From IMG/VR virus record IMGVR_UViG_2541047698_000019: a stretch of 40,640 nucleotides of DNA; one strand, written 5' to 3'. Every line of letters starts with the position of its first letter. Within the stretch, counting starts at the first letter, position 1. This stretch comes from a virus. Taxonomy: Duplodnaviria > Heunggongvirae > Uroviricota > Caudoviricetes. The position numbers were made by a program, and so were the translations under genes. The notes beneath the pieces are model-generated. The model was not told the DNA's origin. It saw only the letters and a list, made by a program, of their open reading frames with translations, and searched no databases. Positions 27,404 to 37,608 of the stretch are shown one piece after another.

Positions 27404-29239
27404 ATGGCTGAATTTGAGCTTAAGGCGTTGATCACCGGTGTCGACAGGCTTTCTCCCGCGCTGTCGAAAATGCAAAAGAAAATCCGGGGATTTAAACGCC
27501 AGGCGGAAGAAGCGTCACAGGGTGGGCTGGCGCTTGGTGGCGGACTGGCAGCGGGTCTGACGCTTTCCCTGAAATCTTATGCCGATCAGGAAAACGCCGC
27601 CACCGGGCTGAAAGTCGCCATGATGGATGCGAACGGCGAGGTTGGAAAGAGCTTTCAGGACATCAATAAACTGGCTATTGGCCTGGGTAACCAGCTACCC
27701 GGTACAACGGCTGATTTCCAGAACATGATGCAGATGCTGGTGCGTCAGGGGATCCCGGCAGAAAACATTCTTGGCGGTGTGGGTAAAGCGACAGCTTATC
27801 TTGCGGTACAACTGAAAAAAACACCGGAAGCGGCTGCTGAGTTTGCTGCAAAGATGCAGGATGCTACCGGAACGGCGTCAGAAGACATGATGGGGCTGTT
27901 CGACACTATCCAGAAGGCGTTTTATCTGGGCGTTGACGATACCAACATGTTGTCCTTCTTCACTAAAACCAGTTCTGTTCTGAAGATGGTGAATAAGGAC
28001 GGACTTCAGGCTGCACAGAGCCTTGCCCCTATCAGCGTCATGATGGATCAGATGGGGATGAACGGGGAGTCGGCAGGTAATGCCCTGCGAAAAGTTATCC
28101 AGTCCGGATTAAGCGTTAAGAAAATCAGGGACGTCAATAAAGTCATGGCCCGCCAGAAACTCGGGGGGCAGCTCGATTTTACTGACGGCAAAGGGAGTTT
28201 TGGCGGTCTTGATAACATGTTTAAGCAACTGGCAAAGCTGCGAAAACTGACCGACGTTAAGCGAACAGGTGTACTTAAGGCAATATTTGGTGATGATGCC
28301 GAAACCCTTCAGGTGGTCAATGCTCTGATCGATAAAGGAAAGGATGGTTACGATCAGATCCAGCAGAAGATGAATAAACAGGCCAGCCTGAATAAACGTG
28401 TTCAGGCACAGCTTGGTACGCTGTCCAACCTGTGGGAGGCAATGACGGGGACCGCAACTAACGGTCTTGCAGCTATTGGCGGCGCATTTTCTGGTGACGC
28501 TAAAAATATCACGCAATGGCTGGGGGAGTTGGGGGAAAAATTCACGAAGTTTGCGGATGAAAATCCCCGGGTTATTCGCGGCGTCGTCGGGCTTGCTGCC
28601 GGTCTTGCGATTCTGAAACTGGGATTGATGGGCGTGGGCAGTGCCATCAGTATTGTCAGCAGGATCATGTCGATGACGCCGATTGGCATGATTGCGACGG
28701 CGATTGCTCTGGCTGCGGGATTAATTATCACTAACTGGGATGTTGTCGGACCTTATTTCAAGAAGCTCTGGGAAACCATTGGTCCTTATTTTGAGGCTGG
28801 CTGGGAACTTCTGAAGAAGGTTTTTGCCTGGTCGCCGCTGGGGATGGTAATCAATAACTGGGGACCGGTTGTTAAGTGGTTTCAGGATATGTGGGACAAG
28901 CTGAAGCCAATTATTGAGTGGTTTACCGACAGTTCCGGTGACACGGTCGATGCCATTAACTCTGCGCAGTGGGGCGCGGGTGCTTATGATGCTTATGGGA
29001 CGGGAATACCGGCACGGGGATACACACCTTATCAGGCGGTGGATCCGGCTCAGTCAAACAACGCCTCCGATGCCACAGGCCCGAATCCCTTCATGATTAA
29101 CAAAGCTTCTGCGCCAAAAGTTGATGGTGAGATCAAGGTCTCTTTTGTGAATTCGCCTCCGGGTATGCGGGTTATGGAAACGCGATCCAGCGGTTTTGAT
29201 GTCAGCCATGATGTTGGCTATACGCGCTTTGGCAGGTAA
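27404..29239 (+). CDS. tail tape measure protein
   Basis: 611 aa, Ala/Gly-rich with a hydrophobic central region. Confidence 0.85.
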   Translation: MAEFELKALITGVDRLSPALSKMQKKIRGFKRQAEEASQGGLALGGGLAAGLTLSLKSYADQENAATGLKVAMMDANGEVGKSFQDINKLAIGLGNQLPGTTADFQNMMQMLVRQGIPAENILGGVGKATAYLAVQLKKTPEAAAEFAAKMQDATGTASEDMMGLFDTIQKAFYLGVDDTNMLSFFTKTSSVLKMVNKDGLQAAQSLAPISVMMDQMGMNGESAGNALRKVIQSGLSVKKIRDVNKVMARQKLGGQLDFTDGKGSFGGLDNMFKQLAKLRKLTDVKRTGVLKAIFGDDAETLQVVNALIDKGKDGYDQIQQKMNKQASLNKRVQAQLGTLSNLWEAMTGTATNGLAAIGGAFSGDAKNITQWLGELGEKFTKFADENPRVIRGVVGLAAGLAILKLGLMGVGSAISIVSRIMSMTPIGMIATAIALAAGLIITNWDVVGPYFKKLWETIGPYFEAGWELLKKVFAWSPLGMVINNWGPVVKWFQDMWDKLKPIIEWFTDSSGDTVDAINSAQWGAGAYDAYGTGIPARGYTPYQAVDPAQSNNASDATGPNPFMINKASAPKVDGEIKVSFVNSPPGMRVMETRSSGFDVSHDVGYTRFGR

Positions 29240-29299
29240 TGAAAAATTAATCTGTTAATGAGTCCCACTCCGGTGGGATTTTTTATGTACGGAGTTTAT

Positions 29300-30628
29300 A
29301 TGACGTGGAAAGACAGACTTCAGGACGCGTCATTTCGCGGTGTGCCGTTTAAGGTTGAAGAAGAAAGTGCGGGAACCGGTCGTCGTGTGGAAACGCACGA
29401 ATACCCGAACCGCGACAAACCCTATACCGAAGACCTGGGGAAAATCACTTTCCGCCCGTCCATCACAGCTTATGTGGTGGGAGATGACTGCTTTGACCAG
29501 CGCGATCGCCTGATTGACGCGCTGAATAAACCCGGTCCCGGCACGCTTGTCCATCCGACTTACGGTGAGCTGAAAGTCTGTGTTGACGGAGAGGTTCGGG
29601 TCAGCACATCGAAGAGTGAAGGGCGTATTGTCCGCTTTGACCTGAAGTTTGTCGAAGCGGGAGAACTCTCTTACCCCACTTCAGGTGCGGCGACGGCGCA
29701 GACGCTGATGTCATCCTGTTCTGCACTGGATGACTGCATCAGTGACAGCTTCAGTGGTTTCAGTATCGATGGCGTGGCAGATTTTGTGCAGAACGACGTC
29801 GTCGGTAATGCCAGCACAATGCTTGGGTATGTTTCTGATGCGATGAAAGTGGTGGATTCTGCCGTATCGGATGCCGCCAGGCTGTTGCAGGGGGATATCT
29901 CGGTACTTCTGCCGCCGCCATCGTCAGGCAAAAATTTCGTTGAGCAGGTGCAGAAAATGTGGCGTACCGGGAAACGCCTTTATGGTAACGCCAGCGACCT
30001 GGTCACCATGATCAAAACGCTTTCCGGTGTCAGCCTCGGCAGCGATCTGCAACCGCGCGGCGTCTGGAAAACGGACAGTAAAACCACCGCCACGGCGACG
30101 CAGCAGCGTAACGTGGTTGCCAGCACCCTTCGTACGACCGCAATCAGCGAAGCGGCGTATGCCGTCACACGATTGCCTGCGCCCACAACTTCCGCGGTGA
30201 TGCAGAATGCCACAGTGGGGCAGTCAACAACACCCGCGCAGAGCACCGGCTGGCCTTCTGTCACGCATCCGGCACTGAACAATGCACCGGCGGTGAAAAA
30301 CACGGTTGACCTGCCAACGTGGGAAGAACTGACCGACATTCGCGACACACTGAATACGGCAATTGATAAGGAGTTGTCCCGTACAACCAGTGATGCGCTG
30401 TTTCTGGCGCTGCGCCGGGTGAAAGCAGATCTGAATGCGGATATCAACACGCGCCTTGAACAGTCTGCACGGATCATTCAGCGCACGCCGGATGAGGTTT
30501 TACCCGCGCTGGTGCTGGCGGCGACCTGGTTTGATAACGCGGCGCGTGACGCGGACATTATCCGGCGTAATGCCATTACGCATCCCGGCTTTGTGCCGGT
30601 GATCCCTCTGAAGGTGCCAGTGCAATGA
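29300..30628 (+). CDS. DNA circularisation protein (Mu gpN-like)
   Basis: ORF 29258-30628 trimmed to MTWKDRLQDASFRGVPF (GGAG RBS). Confidence 0.7.
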   Translation: MTWKDRLQDASFRGVPFKVEEESAGTGRRVETHEYPNRDKPYTEDLGKITFRPSITAYVVGDDCFDQRDRLIDALNKPGPGTLVHPTYGELKVCVDGEVRVSTSKSEGRIVRFDLKFVEAGELSYPTSGAATAQTLMSSCSALDDCISDSFSGFSIDGVADFVQNDVVGNASTMLGYVSDAMKVVDSAVSDAARLLQGDISVLLPPPSSGKNFVEQVQKMWRTGKRLYGNASDLVTMIKTLSGVSLGSDLQPRGVWKTDSKTTATATQQRNVVASTLRTTAISEAAYAVTRLPAPTTSAVMQNATVGQSTTPAQSTGWPSVTHPALNNAPAVKNTVDLPTWEELTDIRDTLNTAIDKELSRTTSDALFLALRRVKADLNADINTRLEQSARIIQRTPDEVLPALVLAATWFDNAARDADIIRRNAITHPGFVPVIPLKVPVQ

Positions 30629-31704
30629 ACGATAACGTCACGCTACGGGTAAATGGCCGGGAGTGGAATGGCTGGACATCGGTGCGCATCGGTGCCGGTG
30701 TTGAACGACTGGCGCGGGATTTCAGTGTGGAGATCACCCGCCAGTGGCCGGGAGATGAGGGTATTACCACGCTTCAGCCGCGCATTAAAAACGGTTCAAA
30801 AGTGGAAGTGCTGATTGGTGATGAGCTGGTGATCACCGGCTGGGTGGAGGCGACGCCCGTTCGTTACGATGCCCGTTCGGTCAGCACCGGTATTGCCGGA
30901 CGTAGTCTGACCGCTGATCTGATTGACTGTGCAGCCGAACCGACACAGTTTAACGGACGATCGCTGGTACAGATTGCGCAGGCGCTTGCTGCGCCTTTCG
31001 GCATTGAGGTGGTGAACAGCGGTGCGCCGTCGGGTGTTATTCCTGATGTCCAGCCTGATCACGGTGAAACGGTGATTGAGGTGATCAACAAAATACTTGG
31101 TCAGCAGCAGGCGCTGGCTTACGACGACCCGCACGGCAGGCTGGTGATTGGCGGTATTGGCTCAACGCGGGCACATACCGCGCTGGTACTCGGGGAAAAC
31201 ATCCTTTCCTGCGATACGGAGAAGAGTATCCGGGAGCGGTTTTCTGTTTACCAGGTGGCGGGGCAGCGTGCCGGAAACGATGATGATTTCGGTGAGGCCA
31301 CCACCACCGCGCTGCGGGCCCGCACAGAGGACGCATTTATTGCCCGTTACCGTCCGATGTATATCAGGCAGACAGGGCAGGCTACGGGGGCAGGCTGTAT
31401 TGCGCGTGCTGACTTTGAAGCCCGGCAACGGGCGGCGCGGACGGATGAAACCACCTATGTGGTGCAGGGCTGGCGACAGGGTAACGGTACGCTGTGGCAG
31501 CCCAACCAGCGGGTGATTGTCTTCGATCCGGTCTGTGGTTTCGACAATACCGAACTGCTTGTCTCGGAAGTCACGTTTACTCAGGACCAGAACGGCACCC
31601 TGACGGAAATCCGTGTCGGCCCGCCTGATGCTTATCTGCCTGAACCCGAAGCCCCCGGCGCGCGGAAAAAGAAAAAAGCCAGAGTACAGGAGGACCCGTT
31701 CTGA
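30625..31704 (+). CDS. baseplate hub / tail protein (Mu gpP-like)
   Basis: 359 aa. Position and N-terminal pattern. Confidence 0.7.
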   Translation: MNDNVTLRVNGREWNGWTSVRIGAGVERLARDFSVEITRQWPGDEGITTLQPRIKNGSKVEVLIGDELVITGWVEATPVRYDARSVSTGIAGRSLTADLIDCAAEPTQFNGRSLVQIAQALAAPFGIEVVNSGAPSGVIPDVQPDHGETVIEVINKILGQQQALAYDDPHGRLVIGGIGSTRAHTALVLGENILSCDTEKSIRERFSVYQVAGQRAGNDDDFGEATTTALRARTEDAFIARYRPMYIRQTGQATGAGCIARADFEARQRAARTDETTYVVQGWRQGNGTLWQPNQRVIVFDPVCGFDNTELLVSEVTFTQDQNGTLTEIRVGPPDAYLPEPEAPGARKKKKARVQEDPF

Positions 31705-32252
31705 TGAGGACGATTGAAGCCATGCAGCGACAACTCCTCGGCCTGATTGGGCGGGCCGTGGTGAAAAGCATCAGTGCCGCCACGAAATGTCAGACCGTGG
31801 ATGTGTCCCTGATTGCCGGTGAACCCAAAGCCGGGGTTGAACATCTTGAACCCTACGGTTTTACCGCAAGGGCAAACAGCGGTGCGGAAGCGGTGGTGTT
31901 GTTTCCGGATGGCGACCGTTCTCATGCGGTGGTTGTTACGGTGTCGGACCGTCGCTACCGCCTGAAAGGGCTGCAGACGGGTGAGGTGGCTGTCTATGAC
32001 GATCAGGGGCAGTCCGTGACGCTGACCCGGGAGGGGATCGTGGTGGACGGTGCAGGTAAAACGATCACGTTTCGCAATGCGCCTAAGGCACGTTTTGAAA
32101 TGGACCTGGAAGTGACCGGACAGGTGAAAGACCTGTGCGACTCCGGCGGCACCACCATGTCAGCGATGCGGCTTGCCTATAACGGGCATCGTCACAGAGA
32201 GAACGGTCAGGGCAGTAACACCGACAAACCTGATAAAGCGATGGAGGCATGA
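31704..32252 (+). CDS. baseplate assembly protein V (spike)
   Basis: 182 aa. Confidence 0.7.
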   Translation: MRTIEAMQRQLLGLIGRAVVKSISAATKCQTVDVSLIAGEPKAGVEHLEPYGFTARANSGAEAVVLFPDGDRSHAVVVTVSDRRYRLKGLQTGEVAVYDDQGQSVTLTREGIVVDGAGKTITFRNAPKARFEMDLEVTGQVKDLCDSGGTTMSAMRLAYNGHRHRENGQGSNTDKPDKAMEA

Positions 32253-32677
32253 TGGAAGTGTGGCTGACGGTGAACGGTAAACGCACCTGCGCCAGCGCAC
32301 CGCTGGATCCGCTGACCCGCGCCGTGGTGATTTCCCTGTTTACCTGGCGGCGGGCGGAGCCTGATGACAATGCCGACGTCCCGATGGGATGGTGGGGGGA
32401 TACCTGGCCTGCGGTACAGAATGACCGTTACGGCTCCCGACTGTGGCTGCTTCAACGCAGCAAACTGACCAATCAACTGGTGCAGACGGTAAGGGGGTAT
32501 ATCCGCGAATGCCTGCAATGGATGATTGATGACGGCGTGGTGTCCCGTATTGATCTGGATATCCGCCGCACCGGGATTAATGAACTGGGTAACAGTATCA
32601 CTCTCTGGCGTCGTGACGGACCGGTAATGATTTCTTTTGATGATCTGTGGAGTGCGATAACGCATGGCGAACAGTGA
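32249..32677 (+). CDS. baseplate protein (Mu gp46-like)
   Basis: 142 aa. Confidence 0.6.
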   Translation: MMEVWLTVNGKRTCASAPLDPLTRAVVISLFTWRRAEPDDNADVPMGWWGDTWPAVQNDRYGSRLWLLQRSKLTNQLVQTVRGYIRECLQWMIDDGVVSRIDLDIRRTGINELGNSITLWRRDGPVMISFDDLWSAITHGEQ

Positions 32678-33722
32678 ATTTCAGCGCCCGACGCTGGCAG
32701 AAAATATCAGTATGCTCCGTAACGATTTATTCGCCAGGCTGGACGTCAGCGACACGCTCCGGCGCATGGATGAAGACGTGCGGGCAAAGGTGTATGCGGC
32801 GGCGCTGCATACGGTTTACGGTTACATCGATTATCTGGCAATGAACATGCTGCCTGACCTGTGCGATGAGTCCTGGCTGGCGCGACATGCTGCGATGAAA
32901 CGGTGTCCGCGCAAGGGGGCCACGGCTGCCAGCGGGTATATGCGCTGGGAAGGTGTCAGCGATGGCCTGAAGGTGACCGCCGGGAGTGTTATTCAGCGCG
33001 ATGACCTGGTTCAGTACATGGCAACTGCCGATGCAACCAGCTCCGGTGGTGTCCTGCGCGTGCCGATCGCATGCTCAAATGCAGGCGCGGTCGGTAACGC
33101 TGACGACGGTTCGGCATTAATCCTGGTCACGCCGGTGAATGGTCTGCCGTCTTCCGGTGTGGCTGACACCCTGACAGGCGGATTTGATACTGAAGAGCTG
33201 GAAACGTGGCGCGCCCGCGTCATTGAGCGGTATTACTGGACGCCGCAGGGCGGGGCTGACGGGGACTATGTCGTCTGGGCTAAAGAAGTGCCCGGCATTA
33301 CCCGCGCATGGACATACCGTCACTGGATGGGAACGGGAACTGTCGGTGTGATGATTGCCAGCAGTGACCTGATTAATCCCATTCCGGAAGAATCAACGGA
33401 AACGGCGGCAAGACAACATATCGGGCCACTGGCCCCGGTGGCAGGCTCTGATTTGTATGTGTTCAGGCCGGTGGCACATACGGTGGATTTTCATATCCGC
33501 GTGACGCCGGACACACCGGAAATACGGGCTGCCATCACCGCGGAGTTGCGTTCGTTCCTGCTGCGTGATGGTTATCCGCAGGGAGAACTGAAGGTATCGC
33601 GTATCAGTGAGGCGATTTCCGGTGCGAACGGGGAATACAGCCATCAGTTGCTTGCACCGGCAGACAATATCTCCATTGCAAAAAATGAACTGGCGGTTCT
33701 GGGGACGATTTCATGGACGTGA
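32664..33722 (+). CDS. baseplate J-like protein (Mu gp47-like)
   Basis: 352 aa. Confidence 0.75.
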   Translation: MANSEFQRPTLAENISMLRNDLFARLDVSDTLRRMDEDVRAKVYAAALHTVYGYIDYLAMNMLPDLCDESWLARHAAMKRCPRKGATAASGYMRWEGVSDGLKVTAGSVIQRDDLVQYMATADATSSGGVLRVPIACSNAGAVGNADDGSALILVTPVNGLPSSGVADTLTGGFDTEELETWRARVIERYYWTPQGGADGDYVVWAKEVPGITRAWTYRHWMGTGTVGVMIASSDLINPIPEESTETAARQHIGPLAPVAGSDLYVFRPVAHTVDFHIRVTPDTPEIRAAITAELRSFLLRDGYPQGELKVSRISEAISGANGEYSHQLLAPADNISIAKNELAVLGTISWT

Positions 33723-34297
33723 CAAACGATGATTACATCCGTCTGTTGTCGGCACTGTTGCCCCCCGGTCCGGCGTGGTCAGCCAGCGATCCGGCGATTG
33801 CCGGTGCGGCACCGTCATTAACCCGCGTTCATCAGCGTGCGGATGCCCTGATGCGGGAGCTGGATCCGCGCACCACCACCGAACTGATAAACCGCTGGGA
33901 GCGTCTGTGCGGCCTGCCGGATGAATGTATTCCGGCAGGGACACAGACCCTTCGCCAGCGTCAGCAACGACTGGATGCGAAGGTTAACCTGGCGGGCGGC
34001 ATCAATGAGGATTTTTACCTTGCACAGCTTGCTGCCCTGGGCAGACCAGACGCCACCATCACGCGATACGACAAAAGCACGTTCACCTGCTCATCGGCCT
34101 GTACTGACGCGGTGAATGCGCCGGAATGGCGGTATTACTGGCAGGTCAACATGCCAGCCGCCACCAACACCACCTGGATGACATGTGGCGATCCCTGTGA
34201 TTCCGCACTGCGTATCTGGGGCGACACCGTTGTCGAGTGTGTGCTTAACAAACTCTGCCCGTCGCATACCTACGTAATTTTTAAATATCCGGAGTAA
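33713..34297 (+). CDS. tail protein (Mu gp48-like, DUF2313)
   Basis: 194 aa. Confidence 0.65.
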   Translation: MDVTNDDYIRLLSALLPPGPAWSASDPAIAGAAPSLTRVHQRADALMRELDPRTTTELINRWERLCGLPDECIPAGTQTLRQRQQRLDAKVNLAGGINEDFYLAQLAALGRPDATITRYDKSTFTCSSACTDAVNAPEWRYYWQVNMPAATNTTWMTCGDPCDSALRIWGDTVVECVLNKLCPSHTYVIFKYPE

Positions 34298-34300
34298 TTC

Positions 34301-35305
34301 ATGCATCGTATAGACACGAAAACCGCGCAGAAGGATAAGTTCGGCGCGGGTAAGAACGGTTTTACCCGTGGTAACCCCCAGACCGGCACGCCTGCTACCG
34401 ATCTGGATGATGACTACTTTGACATGTTGCAGGAAGAGCTTTGTGGCGTGGTGGAGGCATCCGGTGCCAGCCTGGAGAAGGGGCGAAACGACCAGTTGCT
34501 TACCGCGCTTCGTGCGCTGCTGTTAAGCCGCAAGAATCCGTTTGGTGATATCAAATCGGATGGCACGGTGAAAACGGCTCTCGAAAACCTTGGTTTGGGA
34601 GATGGAACAGGAAGACTCATTGCAGTGTACCGGATTGACACATCCCGGCAAATTACACTGCCGAAAGATGCCAGGTTTGTTGTGGCAGATATGATTGGTG
34701 GCGGAGGCGGCGGTGGCAGTAACTCCACGACCGTACAACCCGGATATGCGTCAGCAGGGCAGGGCGGGAATTCAGGTAGCCGTGTGGTAGCAAAATTCAC
34801 AGTTGATGCCAGTCAGAAAATTAATATTACTATTGGCGCAGGTGGTGCGGGGGGCGTGACAACTCCCGCAACCGGAGCTAATGGAAGTGACGGTGGGGCT
34901 ACGATTATCGACGGTATTACAGCTACTGGTGGGCGAGGTGGAGCTAAGGGGGCAGCATTTAATGTTCTGCCAACCGGCGGGCCTACAGCGATTCAGAATG
35001 CTAATAACACCATTCCTGGAGGAGCAGAATTGATAGCACAGCATCTCGGGTATGGTGGAAGCTCTGGATTTCTGTTCTCGGATAAAAATGCGATTGGCGG
35101 GAAAGGGGCTGACTCTGAATTCGGAGTGGGCGGTGTGGCAGTCGGAATTAGCTCAGGAGTCAATGCATCGACGGGAAAAAATGCCACAGGTAATGGCTCT
35201 GGCGGAAGCGGCGCGGTCTCTATTTATGGATCAGGGTCTACCGGGGTGTCTATGTCGGGTGGAGCAGGGGCTGACGGTCTGGCGATTTTGTGGGTATACG
35301 GCTAA
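34301..35305 (+). CDS. tail fibre protein with glycine-rich C-terminal region
   Basis: 334 aa. Conserved N-terminal attachment region then Gly/Ser/Ala-rich repeats. Confidence 0.7.
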   Translation: MHRIDTKTAQKDKFGAGKNGFTRGNPQTGTPATDLDDDYFDMLQEELCGVVEASGASLEKGRNDQLLTALRALLLSRKNPFGDIKSDGTVKTALENLGLGDGTGRLIAVYRIDTSRQITLPKDARFVVADMIGGGGGGGSNSTTVQPGYASAGQGGNSGSRVVAKFTVDASQKINITIGAGGAGGVTTPATGANGSDGGATIIDGITATGGRGGAKGAAFNVLPTGGPTAIQNANNTIPGGAELIAQHLGYGGSSGFLFSDKNAIGGKGADSEFGVGGVAVGISSGVNASTGKNATGNGSGGSGAVSIYGSGSTGVSMSGGAGADGLAILWVYG

Positions 35306-35700
35306 TGAACAGATACGCATTAATTAAAAACAATATTGTTGTTAATATCGTTGTTTGGGATGGCGCAGGAGATATGTTTGCCGATTTTAAGGCAGTTAAT
35401 ATCTCTGGTGTTGCAGTTGATATTGGATGGATCTATGACGGAAATAATTTCACAGCCCCCCCCGAACCTGAGAAAACTAAAGAACAGTTAATCCAGGAAG
35501 CAGAACTCGAAAAAGAAGGGCGCATACGTGCTGCAAATGATTTTATTAACAGCAAGCAGTGGCCCGGTAAAGCGGCTATTGGTCGTCTGAAAGGTGACGA
35601 ACTGGAGCAATATAATTTGTGGCTGGATTATCTGGACGCACTGGATGCTGTAGATACTTCAACTGCACCAGAAATAGACTGGCCTCAGCAATCAGAATAA
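35305..35700 (+). CDS. tail fibre assembly protein
   Basis: ORF 35290-35700 trimmed to the ATG of [10 protein letters not shown]. Confidence 0.6.
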   Translation: MNRYALIKNNIVVNIVVWDGAGDMFADFKAVNISGVAVDIGWIYDGNNFTAPPEPEKTKEQLIQEAELEKEGRIRAANDFINSKQWPGKAAIGRLKGDELEQYNLWLDYLDALDAVDTSTAPEIDWPQQSE

Positions 35701-35727
35701 AAATATGGGGCAGCGCCCCATATTTCT
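35701..35727. terminator. bidirectional rho-independent terminator
   Basis: aaa-atatggggc-agc-gccccatat-ttt between the convergent tail-fibre-assembly (+) and acyltransferase (-) genes. Confidence 0.7.
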
Positions 35728-35736
35728 CGTTGACTG

Positions 35737-36783
35737 TCATATTAAAGCTTTTCGTAAAAGTGTCTTGCCGATTAAAACACCTCTTCGCTCTACAAGCTTG
35801 TGCGCAAAATAACAAACTATAAATAACAATAATAATATTTGAATGTTACTATTGATGTATTTAATTCCGATTTTATTAACTACTAATAACAAAGAGTCCC
35901 AAATCCAGTTATGAAATAAGTACACAGCATAAGTCATTTCAGATAGCAAATTGCATGCTTTGGATTCAATGAATCTATCTTTAAATAACCACGAACAAAG
36001 AAAAATAACAGTTCCTGTGAATGCGTAGTTGTAGTGCCCCCAGAATGGGTTTATTTTTTCAATGAGAGATAAATGAAGATAGAACATAGTTACGATGGAT
36101 ATTAAAGCAACAATCCGATTAACTAACTTATGCTCTGTAAGGTACACTACTACACCTATAAACAAAAATGGCGTATACAAGGTGAAGTAAGCATTATGAA
36201 AATCCTTCGCTACAGGGAAAGGATTAATGGTGGATATAAATAATGATATAAAAAGTAGTAGAACTGTTAAAACGTTTCCTTTATTTATGAGTCCGACTTT
36301 TTTAACCAAACCCATAAACACATAGAACAGCATTTCTATTCTTAACGTCCATTCAACACCAGCCAATGAAAGAGGTGTGTTAAAGAAATCGCCTATAAGC
36401 AATAATCTAGGTATTATTATGCTCAGAGGTGGAATGTTTCCACCATTATAGTATTGGATCAACATTTCAGCTAAAACAGCAAAAATATAGAGTGGGTATA
36501 TTCTAAATATTCTTTTTAAATAAAATTCAAAAGTTGCTTCTTTTTGTAGTACGTGGGTGATGATGTACCCTGAAACAAGAAAGAAGATCACAACCCCCAT
36601 TGCACCACCGAAACTGGCATCTGCTAGTAATCCGTAAAAAAGCCTCAGTGTAACGTGGTTACTTGGATCGTTCGCCAACGAAGATAAATCTTTGTTGAAC
36701 TTATGACCTAACACCACAAGGGAGAACGCAATTACACGCATGTAATCTAAAAAAAGAATTCGACGATTGTTCATGATTTTCAT
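35737..36783 (-). CDS. acyltransferase family 3 membrane protein (O-antigen acetylase, Oac-like)
   Basis: 348 aa polytopic membrane protein with the family-typical N-terminal FLDYMRVIAFSLVVLGH region. Very AT-rich. Confidence 0.75.
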   Translation of the reverse strand: MKIMNNRRILFLDYMRVIAFSLVVLGHKFNKDLSSLANDPSNHVTLRLFYGLLADASFGGAMGVVIFFLVSGYIITHVLQKEATFEFYLKRIFRIYPLYIFAVLAEMLIQYYNGGNIPPLSIIIPRLLLIGDFFNTPLSLAGVEWTLRIEMLFYVFMGLVKKVGLINKGNVLTVLLLFISLFISTINPFPVAKDFHNAYFTLYTPFLFIGVVVYLTEHKLVNRIVALISIVTMFYLHLSLIEKINPFWGHYNYAFTGTVIFLCSWLFKDRFIESKACNLLSEMTYAVYLFHNWIWDSLLLVVNKIGIKYINSNIQILLLLFIVCYFAHKLVERRGVLIGKTLLRKALI

Positions 36784-36858
36784 TTAATTTATTGAGTTGT
36801 GATCATTTTATAGCAACTAACCATTGTTAGCTATGCTGTCACCTTGTAAACAAGATGG

Positions 36859-37185
36859 TTATGTGACATCACCGTCGATCCAGTCCTCCCACCACTGCAT
36901 CATTTCTCTGCGCTTATCGAGATACTGAGCATGGTTATAAATCCAACGCACAGATCCGCCGTTGGCATGCGCCAGTTGAGCTTTAATGACTTTGCGACGC
37001 AACTCAATAATCAAGAGCATGGAGTCAATCATCCAATCATCAATTGATCGAGAATTGAAGTGGTTGTTGAGACAAAACTGAGACACACAAAGCCTTGCAC
37101 TTGATTGCAAGGCTTTGGGCTCTTCTGTGGGGGCTACATGTCTGAAGAGCGTTGTGCCGTATTTGTGACATGCATATAACAACAT
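36859..37185 (-). CDS. hypothetical protein (doubtful)
   Basis: 108-aa ORF with no convincing RBS and no family recognised. May be a remnant. Confidence 0.25.
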   Translation of the reverse strand: MLLYACHKYGTTLFRHVAPTEEPKALQSSARLCVSQFCLNNHFNSRSIDDWMIDSMLLIIELRRKVIKAQLAHANGGSVRWIYNHAQYLDKRREMMQWWEDWIDGDVT

Positions 37186-37266
37186 AATGCATCAACTTTC
37201 TGTTTGTGCCATCAGCTATGGCTTAGTGAATGCAGTTAATGCTTGCTAGAATGATTGGTGCTACAG

Positions 37267-37293
37267 ATTCGTAATGCGAAGGTTGTAGGTTCG
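37267..37293 (+). other. tRNA-Thr-like fragment (anticodon-arm to T-arm segment), not a functional tRNA
   Basis: ATTCGTAATGCGAAGGTTGTAGGTTCG closely resembles the corresponding part of enterobacterial tRNA-Thr (thrW, from memory), but the flanking sequence cannot form the acceptor, anticodon or T stems. Confidence 0.4.
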
Positions 37294-37452
37294 TCCCCCT
37301 TTTCAGTACTACCTAAATCAATAAGTTACCTAACTTTCAGTTATGACAGAAAGATATATATGCCAAGTAAAGTATAGAGAAACTGTCAAAGCAATAAAGG
37401 CTGGTGCTCCGTGTGTGGCGGCTGATGTATAGACATTTATGCAGATGAAACG

Positions 37453-37478
37453 AAAAAAAGCCCGCATCTGCGGGCTTT
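37453..37478 (-). terminator. rho-independent terminator on the minus strand
   Basis: On the minus strand: aagcccgc-agat-gcgggctt followed by seven U. Lies about 250 nt downstream of the dinI-like gene. Confidence 0.65.
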
Positions 37479-37594
37479 CATGTCATTAGGGCACTGCGGC
37501 TCCTTTGCGTATCCTTTTTGTTTCCTCACAGTCTGGTCGGTGCCCTGCTGAGACCAATAACTTCCAGTTTTTGTTAGTGTTATCCTTACACCGT

Positions 37595-37608
37595 CCAATC
37601 ATGATTGG
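37595..37608. repeat. 14-bp perfect palindrome CCAATCATGATTGG
   Basis: Read directly. Shares the CCAATC/GATTGG half-sites with the inverted repeat at 2210-2230. Confidence 0.5.

Noticed and set aside
29980-30477. Minus-strand 165-aa ORF inside the DNA-circularisation protein gene
   Set aside because: Antisense shadow frame with low-complexity translation.
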